Notes under the pieces: model-generated | The model's input: only the letters and a program-made list of their open reading frames with translations | The model's database searches: none | What the model was told of the DNA's origin: nothing | Position numbers and translations under genes: made by a program | Assembly (NCBI GenBank): GCA_964406665.1 | Contig: CAYOSQ010000002.1 | Location: forward strand, 118,219 to 182,218 | Source of the DNA: an uncultured Planctomycetia bacterium | GTDB taxonomy: Bacteria; Omnitrophota; Gorgyraeia; VGKH01; JBHPFN01 | Direction of reading: 5' to 3' | Length of the DNA: 64,000 nucleotides | Shown here: piece by piece, positions 47,598 through 58,270 of the stretch | Layout: every line of letters starts with the position of its first letter | Position numbering within the stretch: position 1 is the first letter of the stretch

Positions 47598-50396
47598 TTA
47601 TTTGAACATTGATTTTAAGTAGTGCCCGGTATAAGAATTGGTTTTATTGATAATCTCTTCAGGACTGCCAGCGGCAACCAAGCGTCCCCCTCTATCACCG
47701 CCTTCAGGGCCAAGGTCTATTATGTAATCAGCGCATTTAACAACCTCTAGATTATGTTCGATAACCAAAACAGAATTACCCTTATCAGTCAATCTTTGCA
47801 AAACGTCAATTAGTTTTTCTATGTCTGCGAAGTGTAAGCCAGTTGTTGGCTCATCTAAAAGGTATAGGGTTCTACCTGTTGACCTTTTACTAAGCTCAGA
47901 AGCGAGCTTTACTCTTTGGGCTTCGCCTCCAGATAAAGTAGTCGCAGATTGTCCAAGCTGTATATAGCTTAACCCAACATCATTTAAGGTTGTTAAAATT
48001 TGTTTAATTTTGGGGATATTCTCGAATATCTCTAGGGCTTGCTCAACAGACATTGCTAAGACGTCTGCGATTGAATAACCCTTAAACCTTACTTCTAGAG
48101 TCTGCTCGTTAAAACGCAAGCCTTTGCAAACCTCGCAAGGGACATATACATCTGGAAGAAAATGCATCTCGATTTTTTTAATACCGTCTCCTGTGCAAGC
48201 TTCACATCTACCACCTTTAACATTAAAGCTAAACCTTCCTGGTTTATACCCACGAACTTTTGCATCAGGAAGTCTACTAAAAATTTCTCTTACATGGCTA
48301 AAAACTCCTGTGTAAGTTGCAGGATTTGAACGAGGAGTTCTCCCAATAGGTGACTGATCAACAACAATAACTTTATCAATGTTTTCCCATCCGGTAATGT
48401 TTTTATGCTTGCCAGGATGTTCTTTAGAAGAATAGAGTTTTTGCACCAAAGCTCGAAAAAGGGTTTCGTTGATCAAGGTTGATTTACCTGAGCCGGATAC
48501 ACCTGTTACGCATGTGAAAACCCCCAAAGGAACCTTAACATTGATATTTTTTAAGTTGTGTTCACTAGCACCAGTAATTTCAATAAATTTATTACCTTTA
48601 TATTTTCTTTTCGCAGATATATCTATTTTTAATTCTCCACGAAGATACTTAGCAGTTAAGGACTGTTTAGATTTCAATAATTGTTTAGAGTTGCCGTCAA
48701 AAATTATCCTTCCTCCATGACGTCCTGCCCCTAGGCCTAAATCAATTATCTGATCTGCACTTCTTATTGTTGTTTCATCATGCTCAACAACAATCAAAGT
48801 ATTTCCAATATCTCTTAGTCTTTTTAAGGTGCCCAGTAGTTTCTCATTATCACGTTGATGCAAACCTATGCTGGGTTCATCTAGGATGTATACTACGCCA
48901 ACTAAACCTGTTCCTACCTGAGTTGCCAGTCTTATCCTTTCAGATTCTCCCCCGGATAAAGTGCTGCTTTTTCTATCCAAGGTTAAATAATCTAATCCTA
49001 CGTCTATGCAAAAGGTAAGCCTGCGGATGATCTCTTTTATCACCTCGCGAGCTATAATAGTTTTTTCTTTTGAAAATTTAATGCTACTGAAAAAGCTACG
49101 AGCATCTTTTATGGACATCTGAACAACATCATATATTGATTTACCAGCAATTTTTATTGACAGACTTTCTTTTTTTAGACGGGCTCCCTGACATTCAGGA
49201 CATGGTAGAACAGACATAAATCTAGTGATTTCGTGTTTAAGATAGTCACTATCTGTTTGTTTAAAAAGTCTTTCCAGGTGTGGGATGATGCCTTCAAATT
49301 GTTTTCCCCAAATCCACTCATCTGAACCAAATATAATTGATTTCTGTATTTTCTTGCTAAGCTTATTAAATGGTGTGTTGATATCAAATCTTAATACATG
49401 TGCTAATTCTCTTAACATCCCTCTGTAATACATTATGTAACCGCGACCCCCTCTTTTCCAGGGAAGTATTGACTCCAGGACAGGTTTGCTTTTGTCAGGC
49501 ATTACAAGATCGGGATCAAATTCCATTTTAGTCCCTAAGCCATTGCATGCAGGACAAGCGCCAAATGGTGAATTGAAGGAAAAAACTCTGGGTTCGATTT
49601 CCAAAATACTCGTTCCGCAATTTGAACATGAATACTGTTCGCTGAAAACGTAATCTTTATTTGTGTTTTGATTATGTGCAATGACTAAACCTTTTCCGAC
49701 TTTAATAGCAGTCTCAACAGAATCTGTAAGCCTATTCTTAATGCTCGATTTAATAATCAGCCTATCAACAACAACTTCGATATTGTGAGTTCGGTATCTT
49801 TTTAAATCAATCTTTTCTCCTACCTCAAAGATTTTTCCATCTATTCGAACTCTGACAAATCCAGCTTTCTGGACCTGATTAAGTATATCCCTGTATTCCC
49901 CTTTTCTTCCTTTAACCAAAGGAGCAAGAATATCAATTTTAGTTTTGTCAGGAATTCTTAAAAGCTGATTTACTATTTCCTGTGAGGATTGTTTTTGGAT
50001 TCTTTCCCCGCAGCTAGAACAAAAAGGCGTACCAACGCGAGCAAATAGCAATCGTAAATAGTCATAAATTTCTGTTTGAGTGGCGACTGTTGATCGAGGA
50101 TTTTTGCTAGTAGTTTTCTGCTCAATGGCAATAGCTGGAGACATCCCCTCAATGTGCTCAACGTTTGGTTTCTGCAATTGTCCTAAGAATTGACGCGCAT
50201 ATGCAGAGAGACTCTCTACATATCTACGTTGTCCTTCTGCGTAAATAGTATCAAATGCAAGACTAGATTTTCCTGAGCCGCTTAATCCTGTTATCACAAC
50301 AAGCTTATTCCTGGGAATCTCTAGGCTGATATTCTTAAGATTGTGTTCTTTCGCACCTCGAACGACGATGCTTTCTTTTTTTGTGTTTTTTTTCAT
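47598..50396 (-). CDS. uvrA: Excinuclease ABC subunit A.
   Basis: Two ABC ATPase modules ([12 protein letters not shown] and [12 protein letters not shown]) and zinc fingers; 932 aa. Confidence 0.95.
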   Translation of the reverse strand: MKKNTKKESIVVRGAKEHNLKNISLEIPRNKLVVITGLSGSGKSSLAFDTIYAEGQRRYVESLSAYARQFLGQLQKPNVEHIEGMSPAIAIEQKTTSKNPRSTVATQTEIYDYLRLLFARVGTPFCSSCGERIQKQSSQEIVNQLLRIPDKTKIDILAPLVKGRKGEYRDILNQVQKAGFVRVRIDGKIFEVGEKIDLKRYRTHNIEVVVDRLIIKSSIKNRLTDSVETAIKVGKGLVIAHNQNTNKDYVFSEQYSCSNCGTSILEIEPRVFSFNSPFGACPACNGLGTKMEFDPDLVMPDKSKPVLESILPWKRGGRGYIMYYRGMLRELAHVLRFDINTPFNKLSKKIQKSIIFGSDEWIWGKQFEGIIPHLERLFKQTDSDYLKHEITRFMSVLPCPECQGARLKKESLSIKIAGKSIYDVVQMSIKDARSFFSSIKFSKEKTIIAREVIKEIIRRLTFCIDVGLDYLTLDRKSSTLSGGESERIRLATQVGTGLVGVVYILDEPSIGLHQRDNEKLLGTLKRLRDIGNTLIVVEHDETTIRSADQIIDLGLGAGRHGGRIIFDGNSKQLLKSKQSLTAKYLRGELKIDISAKRKYKGNKFIEITGASEHNLKNINVKVPLGVFTCVTGVSGSGKSTLINETLFRALVQKLYSSKEHPGKHKNITGWENIDKVIVVDQSPIGRTPRSNPATYTGVFSHVREIFSRLPDAKVRGYKPGRFSFNVKGGRCEACTGDGIKKIEMHFLPDVYVPCEVCKGLRFNEQTLEVRFKGYSIADVLAMSVEQALEIFENIPKIKQILTTLNDVGLSYIQLGQSATTLSGGEAQRVKLASELSKRSTGRTLYLLDEPTTGLHFADIEKLIDVLQRLTDKGNSVLVIEHNLEVVKCADYIIDLGPEGGDRGGRLVAAGSPEEIINKTNSYTGHYLKSMFK

Positions 50397-50404
50397 TTAA
50401 ATGA

Positions 50405-51496
50405 TTATTTTTTAATGCAGCTTATAATATAGTCTTGTTCTTTTTTGGTTAAATACGGATGCATAGGTAAGGCAAGAATATCTTGAGCCATCATTTCAGA
50501 AATTGGAAAATCACCCTTTTTATAATTCAAATATTTGAAGGCAATTTGAAGATGAAGTGGCTTAGGATAATAAATACCGGTTGGAATATTTGCTTTTTTT
50601 AGACGGCTTATAAGTTTTGAACGGTTATTAACCCTGATGCAATATTGTGCAAATACAGATTTATTATGCCCTAGAATTATTGGTGTTTTGACAATATTGC
50701 TAAGTGCAGCGTTGTAGCGCTGAGCCACCTTCTGCCTTAATTTAAGCTCCTGATTAAAATAAGAAAATTTAGCAAGTAAAACTGCAGCCTGCATAGAGTC
50801 TAGCCTAGAATTGGTTCCTACTAAAATGTTGTCGTATTTATTTTTCCCTTGTCCGTGCACCCTAAGCGAAAAAAGTTCTTTGGCAATTTTTGAGCTATTG
50901 GTGAATATCATTCCACCGTCCCCATAGCATCCTAATGGTTTAGCCGGAAAAAACGATGTGCATCCAATATCTGCCAAAGAGCCAGCACGTCTTTTTTTAT
51001 ATGTTGCGCCAAAGGATTGCGCAGCATCTTCAGCAACAAAAAGCTTATGTTTCCTTGCAATTTTATTAATCGTATCATAATCAGCACATTGACCAAAAAG
51101 ATCAACAGCAATTATGCCTTTTGTTCTTTTGTTTATTTTTGATTCTATTTTTTCTGGATCAATATTGAATGTATCTTCTTTTGTATCTATGAAAACAGGC
51201 TTTGCTCCCAGCAAGGCAATTGCTTCAGCGGTTGCGACAAAAGTAAATGGAGTTGTAATTATCTCATCTTTAGGTTTTATTTTTAGTGTCCTAAGAGCCA
51301 AAATGAGTGCATCAGTTCCAGAGGCACAGCTTATTGCGTATTTAGTGCCAACAAATTCAGTCAGTTTTTTCTCAAGTTTGCCAACTTTAGAACTCAGTAC
51401 ATAAGTTGACGTATCTAGAACATCATGAAGTTCTCTATCGATTGAGATTTTGTACTTTTTATACTGTCTTTGAAGGTCTATAAAATTAATTTTCAT
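50405..51496 (-). CDS. DegT/DnrJ/EryC1/StrS-family PLP-dependent sugar aminotransferase.
   Basis: SCASGTDAL and the lysine region; 363 aa. Confidence 0.85.
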   Translation of the reverse strand: MKINFIDLQRQYKKYKISIDRELHDVLDTSTYVLSSKVGKLEKKLTEFVGTKYAISCASGTDALILALRTLKIKPKDEIITTPFTFVATAEAIALLGAKPVFIDTKEDTFNIDPEKIESKINKRTKGIIAVDLFGQCADYDTINKIARKHKLFVAEDAAQSFGATYKKRRAGSLADIGCTSFFPAKPLGCYGDGGMIFTNSSKIAKELFSLRVHGQGKNKYDNILVGTNSRLDSMQAAVLLAKFSYFNQELKLRQKVAQRYNAALSNIVKTPIILGHNKSVFAQYCIRVNNRSKLISRLKKANIPTGIYYPKPLHLQIAFKYLNYKKGDFPISEMMAQDILALPMHPYLTKKEQDYIISCIKK

Positions 51497-51549
51497 TTTG
51501 TCTTAAATTATTTAATTGGCTATTTATTGACTGACATTCTATCATTTTC

Positions 51550-52338
51550 TTAGGTTTTTTCAGCAAAAATTACCGCGAACTTGGTGGCTAACTCTTCATC
51601 TCTATATCTTTCAAAATCATTGTGAATTTTGTTTTTGGACTTAAATTTTAGAAAGTCGTTCATTGCTACATCCCGATCAAGAATTCTTGATTTAAATCCA
51701 GCTTCTTCTAGAATGTTTAAATGATCAATAACCCTAAGTCTAGAAAGTCCCGTGCCTATTCTTCCCCATGTTTTTTTGTTAAACTTATAAAAATGAAACG
51801 GGTATTTAAAAAAATGATCTCGGTAATCAATTCTATGAATCATGCAAGCCCCGGAATTCATAACTTCCTTTAATTGATGGCATAATTCTGAAAAATTTTC
51901 TACATATTCTAGGACACCATTTGATAAAATTATATCTATTTTTTGTAGTTTTAGCGTTTTTAGGTCGGTTATCCTTTTTACTTTATTTAGAATAGATGCA
52001 TATTCAGGAGTTTTTTTAATAATGCTATCATCAAACTTTTTGTTAAATTTAACATAGGGTTCGAATGCATAGCATTCTTTTGCACCTAAATAGGCAAGTT
52101 TATAACAAGTACTACTTGTAACACCGACTCCTAGCTCTAGAATAGTCTTATCTTTTATGTCGCGACCAATTGATTTTATGAATTTTAGGTACCTATCAAT
52201 TATGGTATCGGGTGAAAATTGTGCTGAGGTGATAGTATAGCCGGGAATAAAATTTCCATATTTTACTAAAAATTGATAAGAAAACAAATATTTTCTTACC
52301 AGTCTCAAAAAAATATATTCAATATCGTTCAATAACAT
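51550..52338 (-). CDS. Putative class I SAM-dependent methyltransferase.
   Basis: ILELGVGVTSS glycine-rich motif I and a downstream acidic motif. Confidence 0.5.
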   Translation of the reverse strand: MLLNDIEYIFLRLVRKYLFSYQFLVKYGNFIPGYTITSAQFSPDTIIDRYLKFIKSIGRDIKDKTILELGVGVTSSTCYKLAYLGAKECYAFEPYVKFNKKFDDSIIKKTPEYASILNKVKRITDLKTLKLQKIDIILSNGVLEYVENFSELCHQLKEVMNSGACMIHRIDYRDHFFKYPFHFYKFNKKTWGRIGTGLSRLRVIDHLNILEEAGFKSRILDRDVAMNDFLKFKSKNKIHNDFERYRDEELATKFAVIFAEKT

Positions 52339-52357
52339 CTTTCTCTAATAAAAAAGT

Positions 52358-53746
52358 TTAAAATGGTAACAAAATCAAAGCTTGGTTCCTTAATGCATGT
52401 TCAACACCAATGGGTACTGACCACATTGCACAAAAAAGCAGAATTGAAACTATTATAAATCCACCCAATTTAGTTTTAAAGTGTTTATTAATAAAATCTC
52501 CAATGTTGTGAAGCACAACAGCTGATAAAATTGCAATAGCCGGATATGCAGGAAGCATATAGCGATTCTCTCTCGTATTAAAAATAAAAGATAATAAACA
52601 AAAATATGTCAATATCCAAATAATCAAAAAAGACTTTTTTTCATCAATAAAGCCTTTTATAAATGGTCCAAGTAAAATTACAAAATAACTTAAAAGAAAC
52701 ACAGGTACTAAATATGGAATTGCTATAAGATATAAATAAGCTGGTCTTTGTGAAATAGTCATAAACCAACCCTCTTGCTCCATTGCGCTGTGTTCTGGCT
52801 TAGGGCCAAAAAGAGGATCCCCATAAATATTGTAAACTGAAGCGAACCAATGAAGCGTAATAACGAAAATTCCCAATAAAATCAAAAAATTATTTTTATT
52901 GAGAATTCTTTTGAAAAATTGGCTCAAATTTAAAGAAACTTTTTTTTCGTAAAACAGCGAAAAAATTAAAATAGCAATTACTATAAATCCACCAGTTTGC
53001 TTCACTAGAATAGAACATCCAATAATTAAACCAGTAGCGAAGTAAACAAAGCTATTTAGTTTTTTTCTAGATATAAAATATGTCAAAACAGACAAAGTAA
53101 CTAAAAAAGAAAGCATTGTATCCGCCCAAATTTTTTGTGAAGATAGAATATCAATAGGAGAAATGGCAATTAAAAAAGCTGAAATAAGGGCAATCTTTTT
53201 AGTGTAAAATTCCTTTGCGAGTAAAAAAGTAGTAAAAATGAATAACAAGCTGAACAAAAAAGGTATGAACGCAGCATAAAGCTGCAAATACCAAATTGTT
53301 TGCGCATTAAAAGTTTTTGCATGAGTTTGATTGTTGTAGTATGTAGTTTTTAATGTAAAAAATGGATTATTTCTTGAAAAAATCCTATGAGACAGCATTA
53401 AGCTGTAAGGAAAGAAATAAGGTCTGTGAAATAAAGGTTGGTCGTAATAATGCACTCCTGCTGATTCAAGATTTTTTAGCATGCTCCCTTTTTGCGTTTC
53501 TGAAAGGAAAAAGCCTAGAATTTGGTTATTGAATTTTTCGTCAACATTTCTTAATGAATATCCACTGAATCCCAATTGGTCAAGCTTCATAGCAAGCGAT
53601 AGATAAAAGACTTGATCGCCGTTATCGTGAGGCAATGTAAATGTAGAAAATCTAATGGAGGCTGCGAAAATCAGAATAAGCAAAATAATCGTTGTAGTTG
53701 ATAACAAGCCTTTTTTCATCCTATCCAACCTTTTCCTTTTCTTCAT
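52358..53746 (-). CDS. GT-C fold membrane glycosyltransferase (PMT/ArnT-like, GT39/GT83-type).
   Basis: A polytopic ~11-TM protein (462 aa) whose first periplasmic loop carries acidic residues (HDNGDQ). Confidence 0.5.
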   Translation of the reverse strand: MKKRKRLDRMKKGLLSTTTIILLILIFAASIRFSTFTLPHDNGDQVFYLSLAMKLDQLGFSGYSLRNVDEKFNNQILGFFLSETQKGSMLKNLESAGVHYYDQPLFHRPYFFPYSLMLSHRIFSRNNPFFTLKTTYYNNQTHAKTFNAQTIWYLQLYAAFIPFLFSLLFIFTTFLLAKEFYTKKIALISAFLIAISPIDILSSQKIWADTMLSFLVTLSVLTYFISRKKLNSFVYFATGLIIGCSILVKQTGGFIVIAILIFSLFYEKKVSLNLSQFFKRILNKNNFLILLGIFVITLHWFASVYNIYGDPLFGPKPEHSAMEQEGWFMTISQRPAYLYLIAIPYLVPVFLLSYFVILLGPFIKGFIDEKKSFLIIWILTYFCLLSFIFNTRENRYMLPAYPAIAILSAVVLHNIGDFINKHFKTKLGGFIIVSILLFCAMWSVPIGVEHALRNQALILLPF

Positions 53747-54764
53747 TTTTTAAAAGAAATTCTTTGAGTTCAAAAAGACCACCAAAGCTTGCCATAAAGA
53801 GTGTTATGGAGAAAATAATTAAAGATGTAGCAAGTGCATAAGAAGGCGCGATTTCATATCTTCCTAATAAAACTACAAAAGCACCCTCCCTTACCCCTAA
53901 TCCAGATATGGACACTGGAAGCATCTGGACAAAAACAACCGCAGCTCTAATCCAAACAATTGGTAGTATGGATATTTTAATACCTAGTGACTGTATTATA
54001 AGATAAATAGAGGTAATTCCAAATAAGTGAAACAATAAAGACAGAAACAAAGTAAAATTCAAAGTACACAATGGTAACGAGTGAAACCTCCTAATTGAAC
54101 TCCAAAGATTATCCGATTTTTGTTTCAAAAAGCTTAACAAGTTTAATGAAAATAATTTTGCTGATAAATTCTCTAAGAAATTTGAAATAGGCTCATTTAT
54201 TATGCTTAAGTAAGTCAGAGTTGAAATAAGTAATCCTGTTAATAAGCATAAACCAATTGCTAGAGAACCCAACGGAAGTTCAATCCAGAAAAAAATTATT
54301 CCTAAAACAGCAAGACATAAAACGTTAATGATCCTAGATAATGCGATGCTGATAAATGTTTGAGACCGCATATTATTATCTCTTGAAAGCTTATGCCATT
54401 TCACTAAGCCTCCGGAAAGCTCACTTGGCAAAAATAAACTGTAAAATTGAACAACAAAATTTATTTTTACTAGCTCAAGAATTGTAAAATTAATATTTTG
54501 ATGTTTTAAAAGTAGTCTTAGCTGAATCGCGCTAAAAAAACGCATAGAAAACTGTAGTAATAGAGCTACTGAAACATATGCTATTTTTGCCTGAGATAAA
54601 GCTGAGAAAACTTCACTTATGGGAATTTTTTTAAACAGATAAATAAGTATACCAATGGCAATTGAAATCTTAATAAGGAAAACTAATGTGTTTTTTGTTT
54701 TGTTTTTTTTGCTCATGGATTTTTTTATAATATTTCTACCACTTAACTCGTTCAAACTTACCAA
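53721..54764 (-). CDS. Flippase-like membrane protein (LPG_synthase_TM / UPF0104 family).
   Basis: 8-TM pattern with LRLLLKHQNINFTILELVKINFVVQFYSLFLPSELSGG. Confidence 0.5.
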   Translation of the reverse strand: MVSLNELSGRNIIKKSMSKKNKTKNTLVFLIKISIAIGILIYLFKKIPISEVFSALSQAKIAYVSVALLLQFSMRFFSAIQLRLLLKHQNINFTILELVKINFVVQFYSLFLPSELSGGLVKWHKLSRDNNMRSQTFISIALSRIINVLCLAVLGIIFFWIELPLGSLAIGLCLLTGLLISTLTYLSIINEPISNFLENLSAKLFSLNLLSFLKQKSDNLWSSIRRFHSLPLCTLNFTLFLSLLFHLFGITSIYLIIQSLGIKISILPIVWIRAAVVFVQMLPVSISGLGVREGAFVVLLGRYEIAPSYALATSLIIFSITLFMASFGGLFELKEFLLKNEEKEKVG

Positions 54765-56190
54765 ATATTCTTTTTAACACATAAGGACTAATTTTGATAA
54801 AATTCCAAATTGTTCCATCTTTTATCATTAAAATCAATAAACGGGCAATGTGAGCTGGTCTCAGATAAAATCTTTTATATGCTAAGTTGGTCAAGCGTAA
54901 AACTTCCTCTTTTGGCAATTCTTTACTTTCGCAAAAATTTTCTCTTTCACTTTCTCCTGTAAGAAAATCCATTTTCCGGGGTGTGAAGTAGCCCTCTTTT
55001 ACTGCCAAATCATATAATTCAGTTCCGCGAATAATAGAAACAGGATTAAAGCTAGCCCAATCAGCAATTTCCAGAGTAAGTTTCATAGTTTTTTCAATGG
55101 TTTCTTTGGTTTCTCTAGGATAACCAATCATGATAAAAGCATGTGTTTGCATACCTATTTTCCTACAAATTGCAAAAGTCTCTCTAATTTTTTCAATCGT
55201 TATCCCTTTTTTCATAAAGTTCAAGATTTCTTGATCTCCACACTCCACGCCGAAATCAATTTTATAGCAACCTGCTTTTTTTAGAATTTCTATCATTTCT
55301 TCGTCCACAGTATCAACGCGAGTAAAAATCGTCCAGCGAATCTTCAAGTTCTTCTCTATTATTAAATTGCAAAATTCTAAAACATCTCTTTTCCTAGATG
55401 TAAATGTATCATCTCTAAACCATATTTCTTTAATCTTAAATTTTTCAATGCAATTTTCTAACTCTTCAAAAATCCTTTTACCGCTATTGAATGTAGCATG
55501 AGAACCCCAGACAGCCTGCGTGCAAAAAGCACATTTAAAAGGACAACCACGAGAAACAGTCATGTATGTCCAAGGTTTTAATGCAAGATAGGGCCCGTAT
55601 AGATTATTTTCAAGAAAATGCCTGTCAGGAAAAGGAATAACATCTAAATCCTTTATTCTCGGCCTTTCAGAATTTTTGATAATCTTCCCATCAACTTTTA
55701 CGATTGTTCCAGCAATTTTAGTAGGAATTTTTTTATTCACCCTATATTGATTAACAACTTCTAATAAGGTAGCCTCCCCCTCTCCAATTACACCAATTTG
55801 AAATACATCAAGATTCATAATTTCTTCTGGGTCTACGGACATATGTGGACCACCGATTATCCTAAGTTTTTCAGGAAATAATTCCTTGCACAACACTCCA
55901 ATTTCAATTGCCCCAGGAATAGTTTCAGTCATAGTTGTTATACAAATTATATCAGGATTGAATTTTATGATTCTTTCTTTAGTTTGTTCAAGGCTAAGAT
56001 TTAATGCTTGAGAATCCAGAATTTGAATTAAATCACTTTTTTCATCATTTTTTAATACAGTTGCTAGATAAACTAATCCTAGGGGCGGATAAGAATTAAC
56101 AGCTAAAGGATATCTGCCTGTACCTTTCGAATGCCTTGAATGATGTTTGATAAAGAGTATATTCATATGTTTAATGACTACACCTTTCAT
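54736..56190 (-). CDS. B12-binding domain radical SAM enzyme (class B).
   Basis: An N-terminal cobalamin-binding Rossmann domain is followed by the CxxxCxxC site in VSRGCPFKCAFCTQ. Confidence 0.85.
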   Translation of the reverse strand: MKGVVIKHMNILFIKHHSRHSKGTGRYPLAVNSYPPLGLVYLATVLKNDEKSDLIQILDSQALNLSLEQTKERIIKFNPDIICITTMTETIPGAIEIGVLCKELFPEKLRIIGGPHMSVDPEEIMNLDVFQIGVIGEGEATLLEVVNQYRVNKKIPTKIAGTIVKVDGKIIKNSERPRIKDLDVIPFPDRHFLENNLYGPYLALKPWTYMTVSRGCPFKCAFCTQAVWGSHATFNSGKRIFEELENCIEKFKIKEIWFRDDTFTSRKRDVLEFCNLIIEKNLKIRWTIFTRVDTVDEEMIEILKKAGCYKIDFGVECGDQEILNFMKKGITIEKIRETFAICRKIGMQTHAFIMIGYPRETKETIEKTMKLTLEIADWASFNPVSIIRGTELYDLAVKEGYFTPRKMDFLTGESERENFCESKELPKEEVLRLTNLAYKRFYLRPAHIARLLILMIKDGTIWNFIKISPYVLKRIFGKFERVKW

Positions 56191-57094
56191 TTAGCAATTT
56201 AGTATTGAGTAAATTTGAATGCCCTCCCAAAGCCTCTACTAAAAAAGACCCAAAAGCATTACCAGTGGCAACAGATTTGACTAGATCTTTTTTTTCTAAA
56301 TAAGTTGCTAAAAAGGCAGCAGCAAATCCGTCACCAGAACCAGTTTTATCAACAAAAATGTTGCAAGGATAGGCAGGAAATCTTAAGATCACTTTTCTTC
56401 CCACTATTTTACAGCCTTTATCGCTAAGCGTAGTGATAATGTAATCTATGTTAAAATCAACTAAGATTTTTTTTACTGTTTTTCCAAGTTTTTTTTCTAG
56501 TATTGTGCATTCTAGTTTATTTAAAAAGAGCATATCTGTAATTTTTAAAATTTCCATTAATTCAGTCTTCTTATATGAGCTCATTTCATGTCCTGGGCCA
56601 AATGCTTTTAACGCATTAGGAAAATATTTCATAAATTGCAAATTTAAAGCTGGGCTTCCCGAAGTAGCAAAAACAATCTTGGCATCAACTTTCTTAATAT
56701 GATTAGCTAAAAAACGTTTAATTTCTTCGAGTTTTTCAAACCATAAGCCCGGATAAAAATTGATGATACTTGACCTACGATTTAGAGAAATCAACGCTTT
56801 TGGTAAAGTTGAAGATTTTATTTTTAAAATAGCCGAATCATTAATTCCATTTTTTTTAAGATGATCTTTCAAGCCAGAAGAAACATAGTCAAAACCTACT
56901 GCGCTAACCATCAAAGTGTTTTTTGTAAATAGTCTTGAAGCTGCAATAAAATTGAGCCCTCTCCCGCCAAACAAAATATTGCAATCTTTAATCCTTGAAA
57001 GACTATTCTTTCTTCTATTTTTGTCTGTCTTGCAGAAATTGTCAATTACGCATTCACCAAAACATGCTATATCAAATATTCTTTTTTTGCTCAT
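56171..57094 (-). CDS. PfkB-family carbohydrate/ribokinase-like kinase.
   Basis: An N-terminal GG motif and a C-terminal DKTGSGDGFAAAFL anion hole. Confidence 0.8.
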   Translation of the reverse strand: MSKKRIFDIACFGECVIDNFCKTDKNRRKNSLSRIKDCNILFGGRGLNFIAASRLFTKNTLMVSAVGFDYVSSGLKDHLKKNGINDSAILKIKSSTLPKALISLNRRSSIINFYPGLWFEKLEEIKRFLANHIKKVDAKIVFATSGSPALNLQFMKYFPNALKAFGPGHEMSSYKKTELMEILKITDMLFLNKLECTILEKKLGKTVKKILVDFNIDYIITTLSDKGCKIVGRKVILRFPAYPCNIFVDKTGSGDGFAAAFLATYLEKKDLVKSVATGNAFGSFLVEALGGHSNLLNTKLLNERCSH

Positions 57095-57111
57095 TTTGTA
57101 AACAATTAAAA

Positions 57112-58266
57112 CTAGAAAGCACCCATTTTATTCAATTTGATAATTTCATTTGTTAAGCTGATCCATAAATCCTTAACCTGAGTTTTTTTAATAGCAGAGG
57201 TGCCAATTTTAGAAAAATACTCCATAGCTTTACTTGTATAAATTTTTTCTTTATCTTTATCGATCGCCAAATAAAGCATTAAACTAACCATCCTAAAATA
57301 AACAATTGGTTGAAAATTCCAAAAAAGTTTTAAAAAATTATACTTTTTCAATAAAATGTAACTAATTTTTAACTTTTTATAAAAAAAACAGATTTTGTCA
57401 AAAAAAGGTAAATACGAATTACTCCAAGTCTCATAATACAATATTCCCTCAGCCTCATTTTCTTTGTCCATCGCAAATAAAAAAGTATCTATTAAGTGCT
57501 GTCTTGTTCTTAACCAATATTCGTAGGTTTGTTCAATTGCAATTTTGTCCGTATGTTCAAAAGTAAATTTGTATGCAGCGTTGAGATCACCTAGGAAGTT
57601 TTCTTTGTTAACCACAAATGCACGCAGCTTCCCATTCATTAATTTTATTCTCTCACTTATAAATGAACTATAGCAGTGATTATAAATCGTAATAATATCT
57701 GCACAGGTAAACATCGTTTTTGCAGCTGCGTAACTCAACGATAATAAAGCATCTCTGGAAGATGAATATAAATCATCCGGCGAGCACTTACTGATATTGA
57801 GCATTGTTCTGTTAAAAAAAATTGCTTCAATAGCACCCTTGTCTAAATCTTTTTGACTTACCTTAGGTAAAGTGTTAAGTAGGTTCTTTCCATAAATGAC
57901 CTTAGCAGTTTGGCAAAGATCAAATGAATGCGTATCTTTTGGATAAAGCTTTACTTTTAAAAGAGACTTTATTTTTAAATCAATATTTACTTTTAATCTA
58001 TTCCCGATCTGATTAATTTCGTTAATTAGATTATTTGGAACTTTTCGAAGTGTTTTAGAAATCAGCAATATATCTAGATCCGAGAGAATGTCTACGTCTC
58101 CATTTTTCTCTTTCCAGATACCTTCTCCTCTAGAAAAACTCCCGACTAGCATTATAGAACGAATATTATTGCCAATGTGTTTTTCCGCGGCTTTAGCAGT
58201 CAAATCTATAGCTTCATCGATACGCTGTTGAGCTTCAGGATTATCCTTCCAAAACATTTTCATCAT
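57112..58266 (-). CDS. Nucleotidyltransferase-fold (pol-beta superfamily) protein of uncertain subfamily.
   Basis: LVGSFSRGEGIWKEKNGDVDILSDLDILLIS, a minimal GS...DxD NTase motif, followed by a ~250-aa helical C-terminal region. Confidence 0.45.
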   Translation of the reverse strand: MMKMFWKDNPEAQQRIDEAIDLTAKAAEKHIGNNIRSIMLVGSFSRGEGIWKEKNGDVDILSDLDILLISKTLRKVPNNLINEINQIGNRLKVNIDLKIKSLLKVKLYPKDTHSFDLCQTAKVIYGKNLLNTLPKVSQKDLDKGAIEAIFFNRTMLNISKCSPDDLYSSSRDALLSLSYAAAKTMFTCADIITIYNHCYSSFISERIKLMNGKLRAFVVNKENFLGDLNAAYKFTFEHTDKIAIEQTYEYWLRTRQHLIDTFLFAMDKENEAEGILYYETWSNSYLPFFDKICFFYKKLKISYILLKKYNFLKLFWNFQPIVYFRMVSLMLYLAIDKDKEKIYTSKAMEYFSKIGTSAIKKTQVKDLWISLTNEIIKLNKMGAF

Positions 58267-58270
58267 AATT

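Noticed and set aside
57112-58266. Calling the NTase-fold protein a CBASS cGAS/DncV-like cyclase defence system.
   Set aside because: The minimal GS...DxD motif is shared by many pol-beta NTases. There is no adjacent effector (phospholipase, TM, nuclease), Cap2/Cap3 or HORMA/TRIP13 gene. The neighbours are sugar-metabolism enzymes. I kept it only as a low-probability alternative in the findings.
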